Part shown: in pieces, positions 46,306 to 58,345 of the stretch
Numbering within the stretch: the stretch's first letter is position 1
Layout of the letters: each line of letters opens with the position of its first letter
Source of the DNA: Folioceros fuciformis
Lineage: Eukaryota
Assembly: GCA_049999805.1 (NCBI GenBank)
Contig: JBNGIO010005968.1
Span: 54,297 to 112,641, forward strand
DNA: 58,345 nucleotides
Direction of reading: 5' to 3'
Translations under genes and position numbers: made by a program
The notes under the pieces: model-generated
Databases searched by the model: none
Told to the model about the DNA's origin: nothing
What the model saw: the letters and a program-made list of their open reading frames with translations, nothing else

Positions 46306-49173
46306 CCCCACAGGCGGCAGGATCCCACCCCACTGCTACGAGTCCCCCATGACCTGCCTCCAACATCACCTCATCCCTCCGCCGGCGCTGGCCGCCGAGC
46401 AAGTTTCGCCACAAAGAGTACCAGAGCCAAAGCTGGCTGGATAAGCACTACAGTTCCCCTCCGAATGTGCACCACATTCAGACCGCTGGGAACTGCCAAT
46501 CCACATTCACCGGCCCGTGGTTCAACACGCCATCACGTCTACACGTCTAGCGATGTACATATGTGCAGTTAAATGTGGAACCTTTGTCCTTGCTCCTCAA
46601 CTTTTCATTCGCTATCACAAAGAATTTGTCGCACATATTTCCATGTCCGATACTATAGCACTTTTCTCGTTTCCTTCGGGACCGGGTGTGTGGTCAGCAC
46701 GGAGGTCTTCGAAAGGCCCGTCGAGAGGTCGATCTCCGTCTCCTTCTGTGCGCACATGCCAGCAGCTCTAATCGCCATGTCGTTGTCGGATGCCAATTTC
46801 TGCGGAGTCCGCGCTCGAAAATGGTGGTGGCGGGGCTTGACAGCATGCCAGCCAAGAGCGCGAGGACAGCGCAGTTGGGCCTGCGCGTGCTGGCCGCTGG
46901 AAAAGCATTTGAGGCCGGCGTGCGGTTGTGGAATTGCAAGAGGTAGATCAGCAGCAGGACCATCCAAGCTCAGCACACAACACAATGTAGTGTATGCACA
47001 GAGCAGCTGTTTGAGAGATGTTCACCTCGAGTGAGGAAGCGCCTACGCGACAGGATGCATCTTCATCCACAGACTGGAAAGCTTGAAGGCATGCGACATC
47101 GGTCGAGGACTGTGCTTCTCTATCTTTGCCTGAATCTACTGCAAGCGGTCGTCTCTAATGAATCCAACATTGCTCGCTCGACAAGAGCCAGACAAGAATC
47201 TATAGAACCCGGAGTACAGTATGTGCTCTACACGGCTTTAGGAAGACCGACAGAGGCTGCCTACAATTCGGCATGTTACAGGATCCTCTTCATGGAGTAA
47301 GAGCTGGGACCGTTCGAAACAGAATCACCCGCACACGCAAGACACAACGTGTTACACACGTCAACCCCTTTCTGCTCGCTCTTACCTCATGTGGCCAAAC
47401 CTGTTGCTTCAAACCAGCAACTGGGATGTGGCACCGGTTGGAACGGCATTTCGATGACGATACCACAATCGGCAGGGGCAGGTAAGAAGAAAACCTGACA
47501 ATCCATTCTCTTATCCTCTCCTCCCAAGACGCTGACAACGGCAAGTCCATCACCGTTCGGAGACACTCCTAAACAACCATCTCCTTCGGCAGGTGATGCC
47601 CCAGGGGCGACCGGGTGAGCATAGCAATGCGCACAACGGGTCTGCCAACGCCGTACCCTATTCCTCGCTCGGCACGTACTCAATCCACTTGCCTGTCGCA
47701 CATCCCCACATGTTCCAGGCATTTAGCAGCGCGATGGCCGCTTGTTCCAAAGATATGTTCCCGATACCCCTCCTGCCAGGCCTGGTGGTCCCCTCCTCAC
47801 GGCTCACGCCCGTCGATGCTACACAGGATGCAGTGTACCGGAAAGGACGCGTGGTTATCGAAGCTTCCTCCTGCACCTCTCACAGGAAAGCTGTTTGCAT
47901 ACTTGCATGTGTCGCTCAGACCTGTGTCCTGGCCTCCAGGTCCCTTTCCAAAAAAAAATCTCAAAACTGCTTTCTGTAGTATCTATCTGTGGTGCACTGG
48001 TGGCGCATTGCATGGACCAGTTGCTTTCATAGATTCCTGTGCTCGCGGCGCAAGGCACGCAACTCCGCTGCGTGCCAACATTCTTTGGCCATTCCACACG
48101 CACAATACGAGATGCCGGGCGCCGTCACCGCAGCACCTGTCCTTCCTCTCAACCTCCTCTTCCCATGTTCACACACCTGCCATGAAACACTCTTTTTATC
48201 TACCCGTGTCTTCGTCAAGTTATATTCCTTCAGCCCTATTCCCGATCCGTTGGTTGGCATCGTTCAAACACCTGCCTTTGAGACAGGCCAATTATCAAAC
48301 CCGATCACCATGTCATCCCACACGACGCGTCATTGAGGGTGGAGGGAAGAGCTACAAATGGAGACCAGGATCAAAAGCAAGTGTTAAGTGCCAAGTGGGG
48401 GCCGCTTTAGTGCNNNNNNNNNNNNNNNNNNNNNNNNNNNNNNNNNNNNNNNNNNNNNNNNNNNNNNNNNNNNNNNNNNNNNNNNNNNNNNNNNNNNNNN
48501 NNNNNNNNNNNNNGTCGCAGATTCCCGTTCTCACGGCTACACACAGCTACTAGTAATAACATTGCTTCTGGGTTGTCTTGAAAAATATAGTTGTTTACCC
48601 GCGAGTTCACGACATTTGCGGCGTCGTCTGATAAGTGTTCTCTTCTAGCGTCCAAGGCAACCTGCCTTGGATATCGCCTCACCGTCGTACCAGCACCTGT
48701 GCCGGGTGCTAGTTGTGCGCCTTCGCCAGGCCCCCCAGGGAGTTTTGAGCGTTCCCAATTGGTCCTGGTGCTCCAAGAAGGGAAGCTCCCTCGAGCTCAT
48801 ATTTTCGGCGAGGGGTTCGTGCGCTGCCGCAACGTGAATTTGGTGCGCGTATGACCATATGCGTGCGCGTCGTCCATGCCTGTGATGCAGAAATTCTGTG
48901 TTAGTCCGGTGCGAGGGCACCTTGGAGGCGTAAGAGCAAGCCTGGCCTCCGATTGCTCATCTGCCGCGATTGCCTGGCCTCCTATATCATCCACCATTTT
49001 ATAACGTCGGCGGTAAGGAGGCTCTTGGAGGACAATTGGCAGCCGGAGCCTGGAGGTGACTACCCACAAATTGGAGCACGCCAGGAAGCTACCTGCAGTG
49101 GATCCCTCTGCCTGGCAATTGTGTGAATTTCTGCTGGTTGCACAGAATTTGCGTGCAGGCGGTGTGATCAAAC

Positions 49174-52072
49174 ATGGCTCAACACTGTTGCGACGGAAAG
49201 TTCTGGCTGTACCTGCTCATCATTCTCGGCCTGGTGCTGTTTGCCGGCTTGATGTCTGGCCTAACTTTGGGACTCATGTCGCTGGGGCTAGTGGACTTGG
49301 AGGTGCTGATCAAGTCTGGCACTCCGGACGATAAGAAGCACGCAGGTACCGCTCGCGATATGTGTGGCGTTCCTTCGAACGAGTCGGGTTGACTGGCTCT
49401 GTGCGCGGTGTTGCATGTTCTTAAGTTTTTGGTTTGCACAGAGAAAATATTACCTGTGGTGAAGAATCAGCACCTGCTGCTTTGTACTCTTCTCATTGGC
49501 AATGCATTGGCAATGGAGGTCAGACGGTTGCCTTGTTTTGTCAGGAGTAATCATTTCCAGGTTGCATGCCCGTTAACGTTGTACCGGCGTTTCAGGCACT
49601 TCCGATATTTCTGGATTCCTTGGTCAATGCTTGGGGAGCTGTCTTGATATCTGTCACTCTCATTCTTATGTTTGGCGAGGTGAATATGTTCAATTTTTGC
49701 TGAAATAGTGAGTTGCTCTGCACTCTTCTCTTGAGGAATGTCTTTCAATGTTCCCTCTCACTGTTTGAGGCAGATCATACCACAAGCAGTTTGTTCTAGG
49801 TATGGTTTGGCCGTTGGAGCAGCGATGGCACCTGTAGTACGTCTCCTCGTGTGTGTGTTTTTCCCAGTTTCTTATCCCATCAGCAAGGTATGTTATGTTG
49901 CATCCTGATGGATTCTTCTCAGTATTGTTTCTGTCTTAGTTTTGTCTGTCATTCCTCTTTTGTGTCTGTTCCATAGTACAGAGTAAGGTTTTTCACTGAG
50001 ATGAGCTTTGGCCTTCGCAGATTCTTGATTCAATTCTCGGCAAAGGTCACGTTGCCCTCTTTCGCAGGGCTGAGCTTAAAACTCTTGTGAACATGCACGG
50101 CAATGAGGTTAGGAGTCTTCGGCTGTACAACCTGAACCCTTCTTTGCAAGGCTGGAGAGTCTTATATCTGACAAAAGTCGTGCCTGATGTGCAGGCTGGG
50201 AAGGGTGGAGAGCTGACTCACGATGAAACAACAATAATAGCAGGAGCACTAGAGATGACTGAAAAGACCGCTGCTCATGCTATGACTCCCATATCCTCAG
50301 CATTTACTATTGATATCAACGCCAAACTGGATCTGTACACACTTTTCCATCTCTTGATAGTGGTGATCTATCGTGAAAGGTTTGAAACATGCTCCTTAAC
50401 AGTTATGGGCTCATTCCTTTCAGGGATACTATGAACCTGGTAATGAACAGAGGCCACAGCCGACTGCCTGTTTATGCTGACCAGCCCACAAACATCATTG
50501 GTCTCATTCTGGTTTGTCACCTTTGACATGCAACCCATGTCTCCTTGCAATTGGGTCTCACAGAATCAACCTAGAACCCAGGAAAGGTTTTTGCATTAAG
50601 CTAGCCTAACTAAAACTTGCGATGCCTTGTGTCAGGTGAAGAATTTGCTCACAGTGCGTCCAGAAGATGAGACTCCTGTGAGACAGTTGACAATTAGAAA
50701 AATACCAAGGTACATTTAATGGAGGAGGATAGTGATGGGTAACTAAGTTTTGAACGATATGGGTTTAGAGACAGCGAATCCATTTTATGCTATACTGGAC
50801 AGTCTGTCAAGCTCCGGTCGGGTTGTCGTGATTGTTGCACTTTCTGCATTCAATCTGACCATGCCTTTTGATGTTGCGTTTTAGGGTTCCTGAGAACATG
50901 CCCTTGTATGACATCCTGAACGAATTTCAGAAAGGGCATAGTCACATGGCTGCTGTCGTGAGACGTGACTTACAGAATGCAGAGAGCACTGGCAAGGGTC
51001 TCAAGAGGCACAGTTCAAACTTGCAAAAGGGGAAATACACAGACTCTGCATGTTTGTAGCTTTTGCCTACCACCTTCTCTGGTCAAATCTTCTTTTGTCT
51101 GCTACATGAACTGCACAGAATTGGAGTCTAGGTATTTTCAGGCTGTTGCATGACTCGGACAGGACTGATGCTTTTGATTTGCGATCTTGTGTACAGCTAC
51201 AGGTACCCATAAGATGGTGGGGGGTCCAATTCCTGAAAATTCTTCCTCAGATGCCACTCTCGATCGAAAAGAGAACAGTGGGACAATTTACACAAGGTCT
51301 GCGAACGATGACGGCGATGGACACTCTCCCTCTCGAAGGGAGAAAGGCGTCCCTTCGCTGGAGAGAAATAAGAGATGGTCGCAAGTTAGGACTGGCAATG
51401 TTTTGGAGTTGCAGGCAGAAGAAGTTCCCAGCTTTCCAACTGATGAGGAAGTGGTTGGAATTATCACCATGGAGGACGTCATTGAGGAGCTCCTCCAGGT
51501 ATACATTCGTAGTCCTCCCTCGTATCTAACGAGACCAAACCTGTTGGAGATAAGAGTTTTTCTTAGCACGTCGCCGTGGGGTAGCAGTTTGCTCTCAAAT
51601 GGCCTGATCCCGGAGTGCAATAGATGGACTAAGCGTACCATTGCATGCGCGTCAATGCAGGAGGAAATTTTGGATGAGACGGACGTGTACATCGACGTGC
51701 ATGAGAGGTTAAGCTTAGATGGTTTTGAGGGATGCATTAATGCTTTCTATAGTTATTGTGGCTTGTATTGCGTTTTGACAACGATCTGTGTGGTTCGCTG
51801 AAAAGGTCATCTTGCTGTATGTCAGGATCCGAGTAAATTTGCAACCTTCGGGTGGGAAGGCCACTCCCGGTACATCTTTTACCCGGTCGACCAGTCTGGG
51901 ACGGCATATTGCAAAACGGCCGTCATCTCCAACTGTAGGCGCCACATCAACGGGGACTGGCCCGTCCCCACCGTCTCCTTTTGCTGCTAGCCCACCTCGA
52001 TTTGTCCATCAGTTGTTATCCAAGCAACATGTTACGTCACAGCGTCGACACGATTCAAGCGGGGTTCCTTGA
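49174..52072 (+). CDS. CNNM/DUF21-CBS domain metal (Mg2+) transport protein, multi-exon
   Basis: [100 protein letters not shown]. Confidence 0.92.
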
Positions 52073-52509
52073 CGTGTGCGGAGGCACGAGAACTGACCAG
52101 TTTGGCTTCGTCCGTCTGTACTCGCATACTTGAAGTAAGCTCTCTGCACTGTTACATGCATCTGCTAGTTCCTGAAACGTCCTCTTAAACCAGAATACGT
52201 GAAGTGTGCAGAGGAACGGGAGAGAGCTCTGCCACGCGGCGGATGAGAGTTTTCGGGGTTCAGACCAGCACCACGGGAGCAATCATTTTGTGACGGACAG
52301 GGTAACTTCTCGTATCTAATATGGCGGTATCTCGTGCATGGAGTGATTTTGTGTTCCATGGCCTCTGCTCTCTCTAGCACGAGAGCTGAGCCTGGAAACA
52401 CTGTGGACCTTCGGCAGAAGGCATATTGGTGAAAAGGGATTCAGGAGTTTGGTAGGAAGTGTGAGTCACTAAGGGTACTGAGTAGGGCTGTACCCGCCGG
52501 CTTGACCAC

Positions 52510-54662
52510 CTATTCTGTTCCAGAGGACGCAGAAACTACAGCGCGCAGTTGGTTGTAGGATAAGAGAAGCCTGCTTCGGACAGTAGTCCATGGAACAAAG
52601 AGTCCCAACAAAGCTTTGTGTGTTACGTTTGCTGCGGCATACGCAGCATGGCCATCAGCAAATCGCTCCAATTTGCTGGACGGACACAAAGTACGAGCCT
52701 CCTTGGTTAAGGTGACTTGATCGGGCACTTCACTGGAGCTTCCTATTACAGGAGGCTCAGCTTCCTTGGCTTGTGCATCAGTGGCAAGTATTGTGCGCAA
52801 ATGAATCCCAAGCAACTCACCCTGGTGGGACAAGACGGCCCCACCTTGTGTACCTGCAGCGCGGAGCGGCATGACGAGAGCCCGCCAAACAAGGGTCGGC
52901 AAGTACGGGCAACGGACTAATCAAAAAATTGGGTTTGCTTACCTGGGAAGCTCTTGTAGTCGGCGACGATGCCAAATTCCGGGTGAAGAATCCTGGACAC
53001 GACGCCGGACACCAGCACCGGCTGGTCCATGGGGTGATCGTGGGCTCGCCAAGGCAGCACGTCCACGAGGGACGGGTACGCTAGCAGGAACACAGGCTCG
53101 CCGAGCACGAATTTCCGGGTGGCGGAAGAAGGAAAGCGCAGCGGCTTGGGCCCGTGAGGATCGAATCGCGGGTAGTGCACGGTTCTGGTATCCTGGATCC
53201 GGAAGAAGGAAATATCGACGCCATTCCAGGACGCGATGTGCTTCACCAGCCCCAGATTGACCTCGTACGCTTCCTCCTGCAGCCCCCAGCGCGCCTTGCC
53301 ATTGGGGCCCGGCAGCGCGTCCACCACCAGATGCCGCGCCGTCACCACCACGTTTTGCAGCGGCAGAGTCTCGCTCCCGGGCTCGCTCACGTCATCCGGG
53401 TGCAGGAGCACGCAGGTGCCCACAGTCCCCGCGGCGCGCACCAGGCGCAGCACGCCGGCCGTCTTGGCCAGGGCCTGCCAGTCGGGCTGCCCGGCCTCCC
53501 GCCCTGGCATGGCTTGGTGCGGCCTCATTCTGTACCGCCGCATCAGCGTCTCCAGCGGCAGCAGCTCCCTCAGCTCGAACTGGGTGCGGTTCTTTTGAGC
53601 CGCCGCCTCGTCCTGCAGCACTCGGCTGCTGCTGCTGCCCAAGGACACGGACACCCGCCGCACTGCCTCCTCCGCCGCCGGCATTCTCCCCAGCAGCAGC
53701 TTCGGGACCTGCTCCGGCTCCGGCTCCTGCTCTCGCGCTGCCTCATCCCCCGGGTGCAGCAGGTCCTCGGCCTGCGCCTCTAGCCATCTGTCCTGGTGCG
53801 CCGCCGAGCCCTCCGTGCTGACCTCATTCTGCCGCGCGAGCTTGGCCGCCTCCGAGAGCAGCAGGGAGGCAGAGTAGTCCTGGGATATGGAATTCGGGAG
53901 CGCAGCGTCCACTTCCTCGATCACCAGTGCCTGCTGCGTTGTGGTTGTTGATGCTACCGCACCCTTGACTGGCGACTCGCCGGGCTGAAGCTTTGTAGGC
54001 CCTTGTTTGGCTGGCCTGGCAGGGGTCGGGATGGCCCGCAGCTTGGCCGGGAAGTTCTCAGGGTACAGATCGTAGGCCTTCTTGCTGAACTCGCGGTACT
54101 GCTTTGATGTGATCTCCGCTGCCGGCTTGCCCTTGCCTCGGTAGCTTTGCGGGGTCCGTGGCACGCTTCCGCTTTCTGTTGTGTGCTGGGAGGCAGTCTC
54201 GTCGGCCACGGAGGCCGCGTCCGGGGCTGATCCCGAGACCTGAACGGGAGAAACCCAGGCCGGGACATCGATGCCGCTGCCAGTGCCGCTACCTTCTCTG
54301 GATCTCGGTAGCTCAGATCCGCTGGCGCGTCGGACGGGGCCTGCCGCAGGGGCAGTCAGAGGAAGCCCAATGTCTGCCAGAGCTCCCAGGAGTTCCGCCA
54401 GATGAGGATCATTGTCGACCGACTTTCTCTTGGCCTGCAAGGAGGCCTCATTTCCACCCACATCGGCCTCCGTTTTGCTGCTGTTGCGTCTTCTGTTCGA
54501 CTCCGTCGTCGAGTTGTTGCTGTTGCGTCTGCTGTTCGACTCCGTCGTCGATTTGTTGCTGTTGCGTCTGCTGTTCGACTCCGTCGTCGATTGGTTGCTG
54601 TTGCGTCTACTGTCGGACTTCGTCTCCGTTGTGCTGCTGTGACGTCTACTGTTGGGCTCCAT
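52510..54662 (-). CDS. Trypsin-like (Trypsin_2/HtrA-type) fold protein with long disordered N-terminus, catalytic Ser replaced by Gln; exons 52943..54662 and 52510..52853
   Basis: GTCVLL, VVVTARHLV, VDISFFRI, GEPVFLLAYP, SGVVSRI, then across the intron DYKSFPGTQGGAVLSHQGELLGIH. Confidence 0.78.
54470..54662 (-). repeat. Coding 39-bp tandem repeat, about 5 copies (13 aa, ESNSRRNSNxSTT)
   Basis: GCTGTTGCGTCTGCTGTTCGACTCCGTCGTCG recurs every 39 bp on the + strand. Confidence 0.93.
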
Positions 54663-55108
54663 TGTCGAAACTCTGGTCCAGACCTCTTCACCTGCTGCAT
54701 GGATTGTTCGATGGGCTCACGGTTAATCACGTTTCCCAACCATATCAGCAAAACAAAGTGGACTAAGAAGTTGATTCATGATACTAGCAGCAGGCAGGTG
54801 ATGGACTTTGTCGTGTTGGGATCCCACCTTGTTGTCATTGCTCTTGTTGAAGAAACCCGATGGCAAGCAAGCAGTACAGCAACATTTTGATCAGTCTTAC
54901 ACGCCTGCAACATGAAACGTTCGATTATGCTACAGCAAGACAACAATTCTGGCTTGTGGCACTAGGTGAAGGAGGACTATTGGAAGTCAAGTTCTCTGCA
55001 GAGCAAAACTCAACCCACACCAAAACATGGCTCAAGCTTTGATTGTGAATACAAATATCATATCCTAAGAGAAAACATCCTACAAACTGCTAGCTACGTA
55101 TTAGGCCT

Positions 55109-56065
55109 CTAATTTGGCTTCTGGTTTTCATCCATTTGTGGTAAGCTTTTGGAACCACTCCCACTCCCTCGAGTTTTTATGAAGGTTTTAACAGCTTGAC
55201 TCTTTTGACTTATTTGCTTCCACATACGAGTAGGCAACTCTTTCACGGAAGAAGGCCCCTGTGCTGTTCCCCATATGACACCCTCTTTAGAGAGCAAATC
55301 TAAGGGGATTGCCAAACCTAAGTCTAGTTCTGAACACCTGATAGCTCCTAACAGGCGTTCTGGAAGATCTTCATTTGTTTGCCCTTCTATTAGAAAGGCA
55401 AGATCAACCGTGATCTCTGTAATGTATCCAATGGCTAAATGCAGGATAGCATTTGCCATTATAGAAGAACCCACATCTATGTCCACTTCTATGTAATTAA
55501 TCCCCATAGTGTACTTTATGTCAAGAGATTTACCAAGAACACACACTGCATGATCCCCTACAGCTGTTCTTACTATCCAAGGACCATTGACAATGTTGGC
55601 TATGAGTTTCAATTTCTTGTTTTTTAAGGTATCATCTCCTTTCAAGAACCTATCTATGATAGAATCAGGTGCAGGTGATTGATAGGAAATGAAATATGCA
55701 ATTGCAGAGTAGTACTCTTTAGAGGGAATCTGGAAATTGAAACACCACACAAATGCATGTTCTCCTTGCTTACAAGCTGTTTCTAATGCACATGCCACAC
55801 GGTTATTTGGATGTTTCATGATCTCATCTATCTTGAGAGGATTTTGCAACCAATCAAATGCAAGTGGTCTTAAGAAGGGTTCTCCTGCTGGTTGTTTCAT
55901 TTTATCAGTCAAGTAATTTGTTCCACGGATCATGAAAAGCTTTGGAGGGGGAGCAGCCCAACCATTTGAGCAATCTTCAATGTTGTCTCGAATAGGAAGA
56001 GGGCCCCCATTCTTTAGCAATTCCACCCACTCAGGCTCATCTCCATCATCATCCAAGTAAGACAT
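55109..56065 (-). CDS. EDR2-like C-terminal domain (DUF1336) protein, intronless
   Basis: NGWAAPP, FMIRGTNYL, FNFQIP, IDRFLKGDD, LKLIANIVNGPWIVR, YIEVDIDVGSS, VDLAFLIEGQ, LPERLLGAIR. Confidence 0.9.
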   Translation of the reverse strand: MSYLDDDGDEPEWVELLKNGGPLPIRDNIEDCSNGWAAPPPKLFMIRGTNYLTDKMKQPAGEPFLRPLAFDWLQNPLKIDEIMKHPNNRVACALETACKQGEHAFVWCFNFQIPSKEYYSAIAYFISYQSPAPDSIIDRFLKGDDTLKNKKLKLIANIVNGPWIVRTAVGDHAVCVLGKSLDIKYTMGINYIEVDIDVGSSIMANAILHLAIGYITEITVDLAFLIEGQTNEDLPERLLGAIRCSELDLGLAIPLDLLSKEGVIWGTAQGPSSVKELPTRMWKQISQKSQAVKTFIKTRGSGSGSKSLPQMDENQKPN

Positions 56066-56619
56066 TTTCAATCTTTCTGGTGCTATCCTTGGAGTTTATG
56101 GTATGATCCCATTCTAATGGAGGGGTTATACGAAAGTACCTCAAACCATTGCTCCCCTCATTCTACCGTACCCTTACATTTCAAATTTTAGGCACTCTCT
56201 AGTCCACACATACATTAACACAAATTTATTCTAGGTATGTTAAACACTAACTCATACAACAAAATAAATTATTTTCCTTAAATAATCTTTCATAAAATAC
56301 ATGAATCAAAATACATCATTTATTTCATCTCAAAGTCTCTCCCTCATAGCATGGATATAATAAAAAATCAAACCCTTCATATAACATTATGAAATATGCG
56401 CAAACCTTTCTTATTGCTCACTCCTAATCAATTCGAACTATTTCAAAAAACATCATTCTAATATAAATTTTTAATTTCACATATATTAATCAACTAATTA
56501 TGTGATGTGTGTTACTAAATGCAAGATAATGATGGTGATATTTTACACCAAGGCTCATTAGTGGGCATCAATCCTAAACCCTAGGATTAATTAGTGTCTA
56601 CCAAGCCAAACCCTGAAGA

Positions 56620-58107
56620 ATGAATACACAGTACACCTGTTTGTTGTTTGGTAAGCTAAGGAAAACCCTTGCATCAAACACACATTCATTTAGCTATTCT
56701 AAATGAGTCCACCCAAAGAACATATTATCATAACAATATTATTTTCCCATAATGTCTAAATTATGGACCATGTTCACTAGATCTGGATGACACATTATAT
56801 CCCTTCAGTTCTGGTATAGCTTCAGCTTGTCGCAAAAATATTGAAGGTAAGATCCTTCTTATGAAGTTTGTTTACCAACCTCTGTGTTATTTATTAAAGA
56901 AATTTAAGTGAAATAAATTTTAAATTCAACCACCATTAATTGAAATAGATGCATCCGGTGTGATGCAACTCATGGAATTTTAGACTATATGGTCAATCAC
57001 TTGGGAGTAAACCCTGCCCAAGTTTCTAACTTATGTTTGGAGTTATATAAAAATTACGGTACAACTCTTGCTGGACTTGTGGTAAGTTAGATTTTTCAAC
57101 ATTAAGGAAACAAAATATGGCTCACCATGCATTGTTTCCCATGACCTTGATATCAGCAGCTGCAATGGCATGAATGCTCTCAAGCTTCTTGTGAGCATCC
57201 TCATATTCACAAGCTAATTTTGGAAAATAGGAATCAGGATTTCAGGTTGATTTTGAAGACTATAATAGGTACACTCATACTGTTAATTCCTTTTCGAAGA
57301 GTCTTTGAGTATTTTACACAAGAAATTGAGTAATAATCGACGTGTTGGAGCAGATTTGTGCACGGTAGATTACCTTATGATGTGTTAAAACCAGACCCGA
57401 CTCTGAAAGACTTATTACTGAGCATGCCACAAAAGAAATTTGTGAGTACACATTGCAAGAATGGCTTGCAGAGAATTCGGCACCTACATGACTTACACAT
57501 TTGGCTCTACAAACTAATGGGTTGAATGAATCTTTTTTTTTGATCTAGGTGTTTACAAATGCTGATAGCATTCACACACTAAAGGTGCTCAAGAAGCTGG
57601 GTATAGAAGATTGTTTCCTTGATGTTATTTGTTTTGAGACCATTGCACTTCAAAAACATGCCAATGATTCACCACAAGGACAGAAAAGTATTGATCACAT
57701 TATATGTAAGCCCTCCCAAGAAGCCATGAGAAGAGCTATGTGTATTGCGCAAGCTGACCCAAAAACCACGGCAAGTAGTATTGCATAATATACCTTTACA
57801 GTTCACATGTTTGTCAAACTTGGCTAATTTTGTTTACACAGTTGTTTTTTGATGACAGTGTTCGGAATATTGAAGCCGGCAAAACAATAGGCTTACACAC
57901 AGTTTTGGTAATTAAGATACTTAGGTTGTGAATGTGTTATGTAGTATCTATATTTTAAACTAATATTAAGCTATTCACTTTCTATAGGTAGGGAGCACTT
58001 CAAGTGTCCCGAGTGCAGATTTTGTTCTTGAAAACATACATCAAGTGCAAGAAAGAATTCCTGAAATATGGAAAACTTGGGAATCAATTAATAAAATATA
58101 TAATTAA
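56620..58107 (+). CDS. HAD-superfamily pyrimidine 5'-nucleotidase (SDT1-like); exons 56620..56650, 56781..56846, 56983..57081, 57231..57268, 57354..57441, 57549..57770, 57842..57907, 57988..58107
   Basis: CLLFDLDDTLYP, LYKNYGTTLAGL, FVHGRLPY, VFTNAD, ICFET, ICKPS, LFFDDSVRNI, GLHTVLVG, PEIW. Confidence 0.92.
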
Positions 58108-58345
58108 TTATCTAGATATGTTAAGAAAAATTGAATTAAACAGCTAAAGAATAGTTATAGGCTCGTGGCTAACATCACATTAAAATGGCTGATATTTTGC
58201 TAAGCAGCTCCAATCATTACAACTTAGGATAGGTTTCTATGAACCTTCTTCACCATATGAAATCAAATATTGATAATCAGTAAAATTTTATAATGAAAAA
58301 ATATGTGTGTGTATGTTTTAAATGATTATATTTTATGAAGATTTT

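Noticed and set aside
47615-48553. 312-aa ORF running through an N gap
   Set aside because: Non-ATG-like low-information translation, length inflated by Ns, no domain recognised.
2201-52848. Three catalytic positions all read Gln (LecRK, BAHD, protease), suggesting recoding or editing
   Set aside because: The expected residues differ (Glu, His, Ser), and CAA/CAG encode conserved Gln normally in FtsH2 and ALDH7; treated as coincidence.

Overview
Gene-dense nuclear scaffold of a land plant, with short (~70-130 bp) GT-AG introns, often only 35-350 bp between genes, and eight N gaps. The style suggests a compact seed-free plant genome such as a hornwort; that is inference and the sequence does not prove it. 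About 23 protein-coding genes were spliced by hand: two convergent L-type lectin receptor kinases, a DUF218-like protein, a CDIN1/C15orf41 nuclease homolog, an SMP-30-like propeller, a SWSAP1-like ATPase, a cyanobacterial-type LpxB-related glycosyltransferase, three Gnk2/DUF26-like secreted proteins, a BAHD acyltransferase, KDSR/TSC10, FtsH2, TAF13, a Cys-rich putative thylakoid-lumen protein, thioredoxin o, ALDH7, PI31, UPL7, a CNNM/DUF21-CBS protein, a trypsin-fold protein, an EDR2-like protein and a HAD nucleotidase. There is also an AT-rich island (~14.7-20.0 kb) with repeats and pseudogenes, and a decayed RLE-type non-LTR retrotransposon. Most notable are the plastid-targeted LpxB-like gene starting 35 bp after the SWSAP1-like stop codon (possible bicistron), three intact genes lacking a key catalytic residue, and Gnk2 proteins with non-canonical cysteine spacing. 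No rRNA, tRNA or CRISPR was seen. All exon coordinates are manual predictions and all family calls are from recalled motifs, not database searches.
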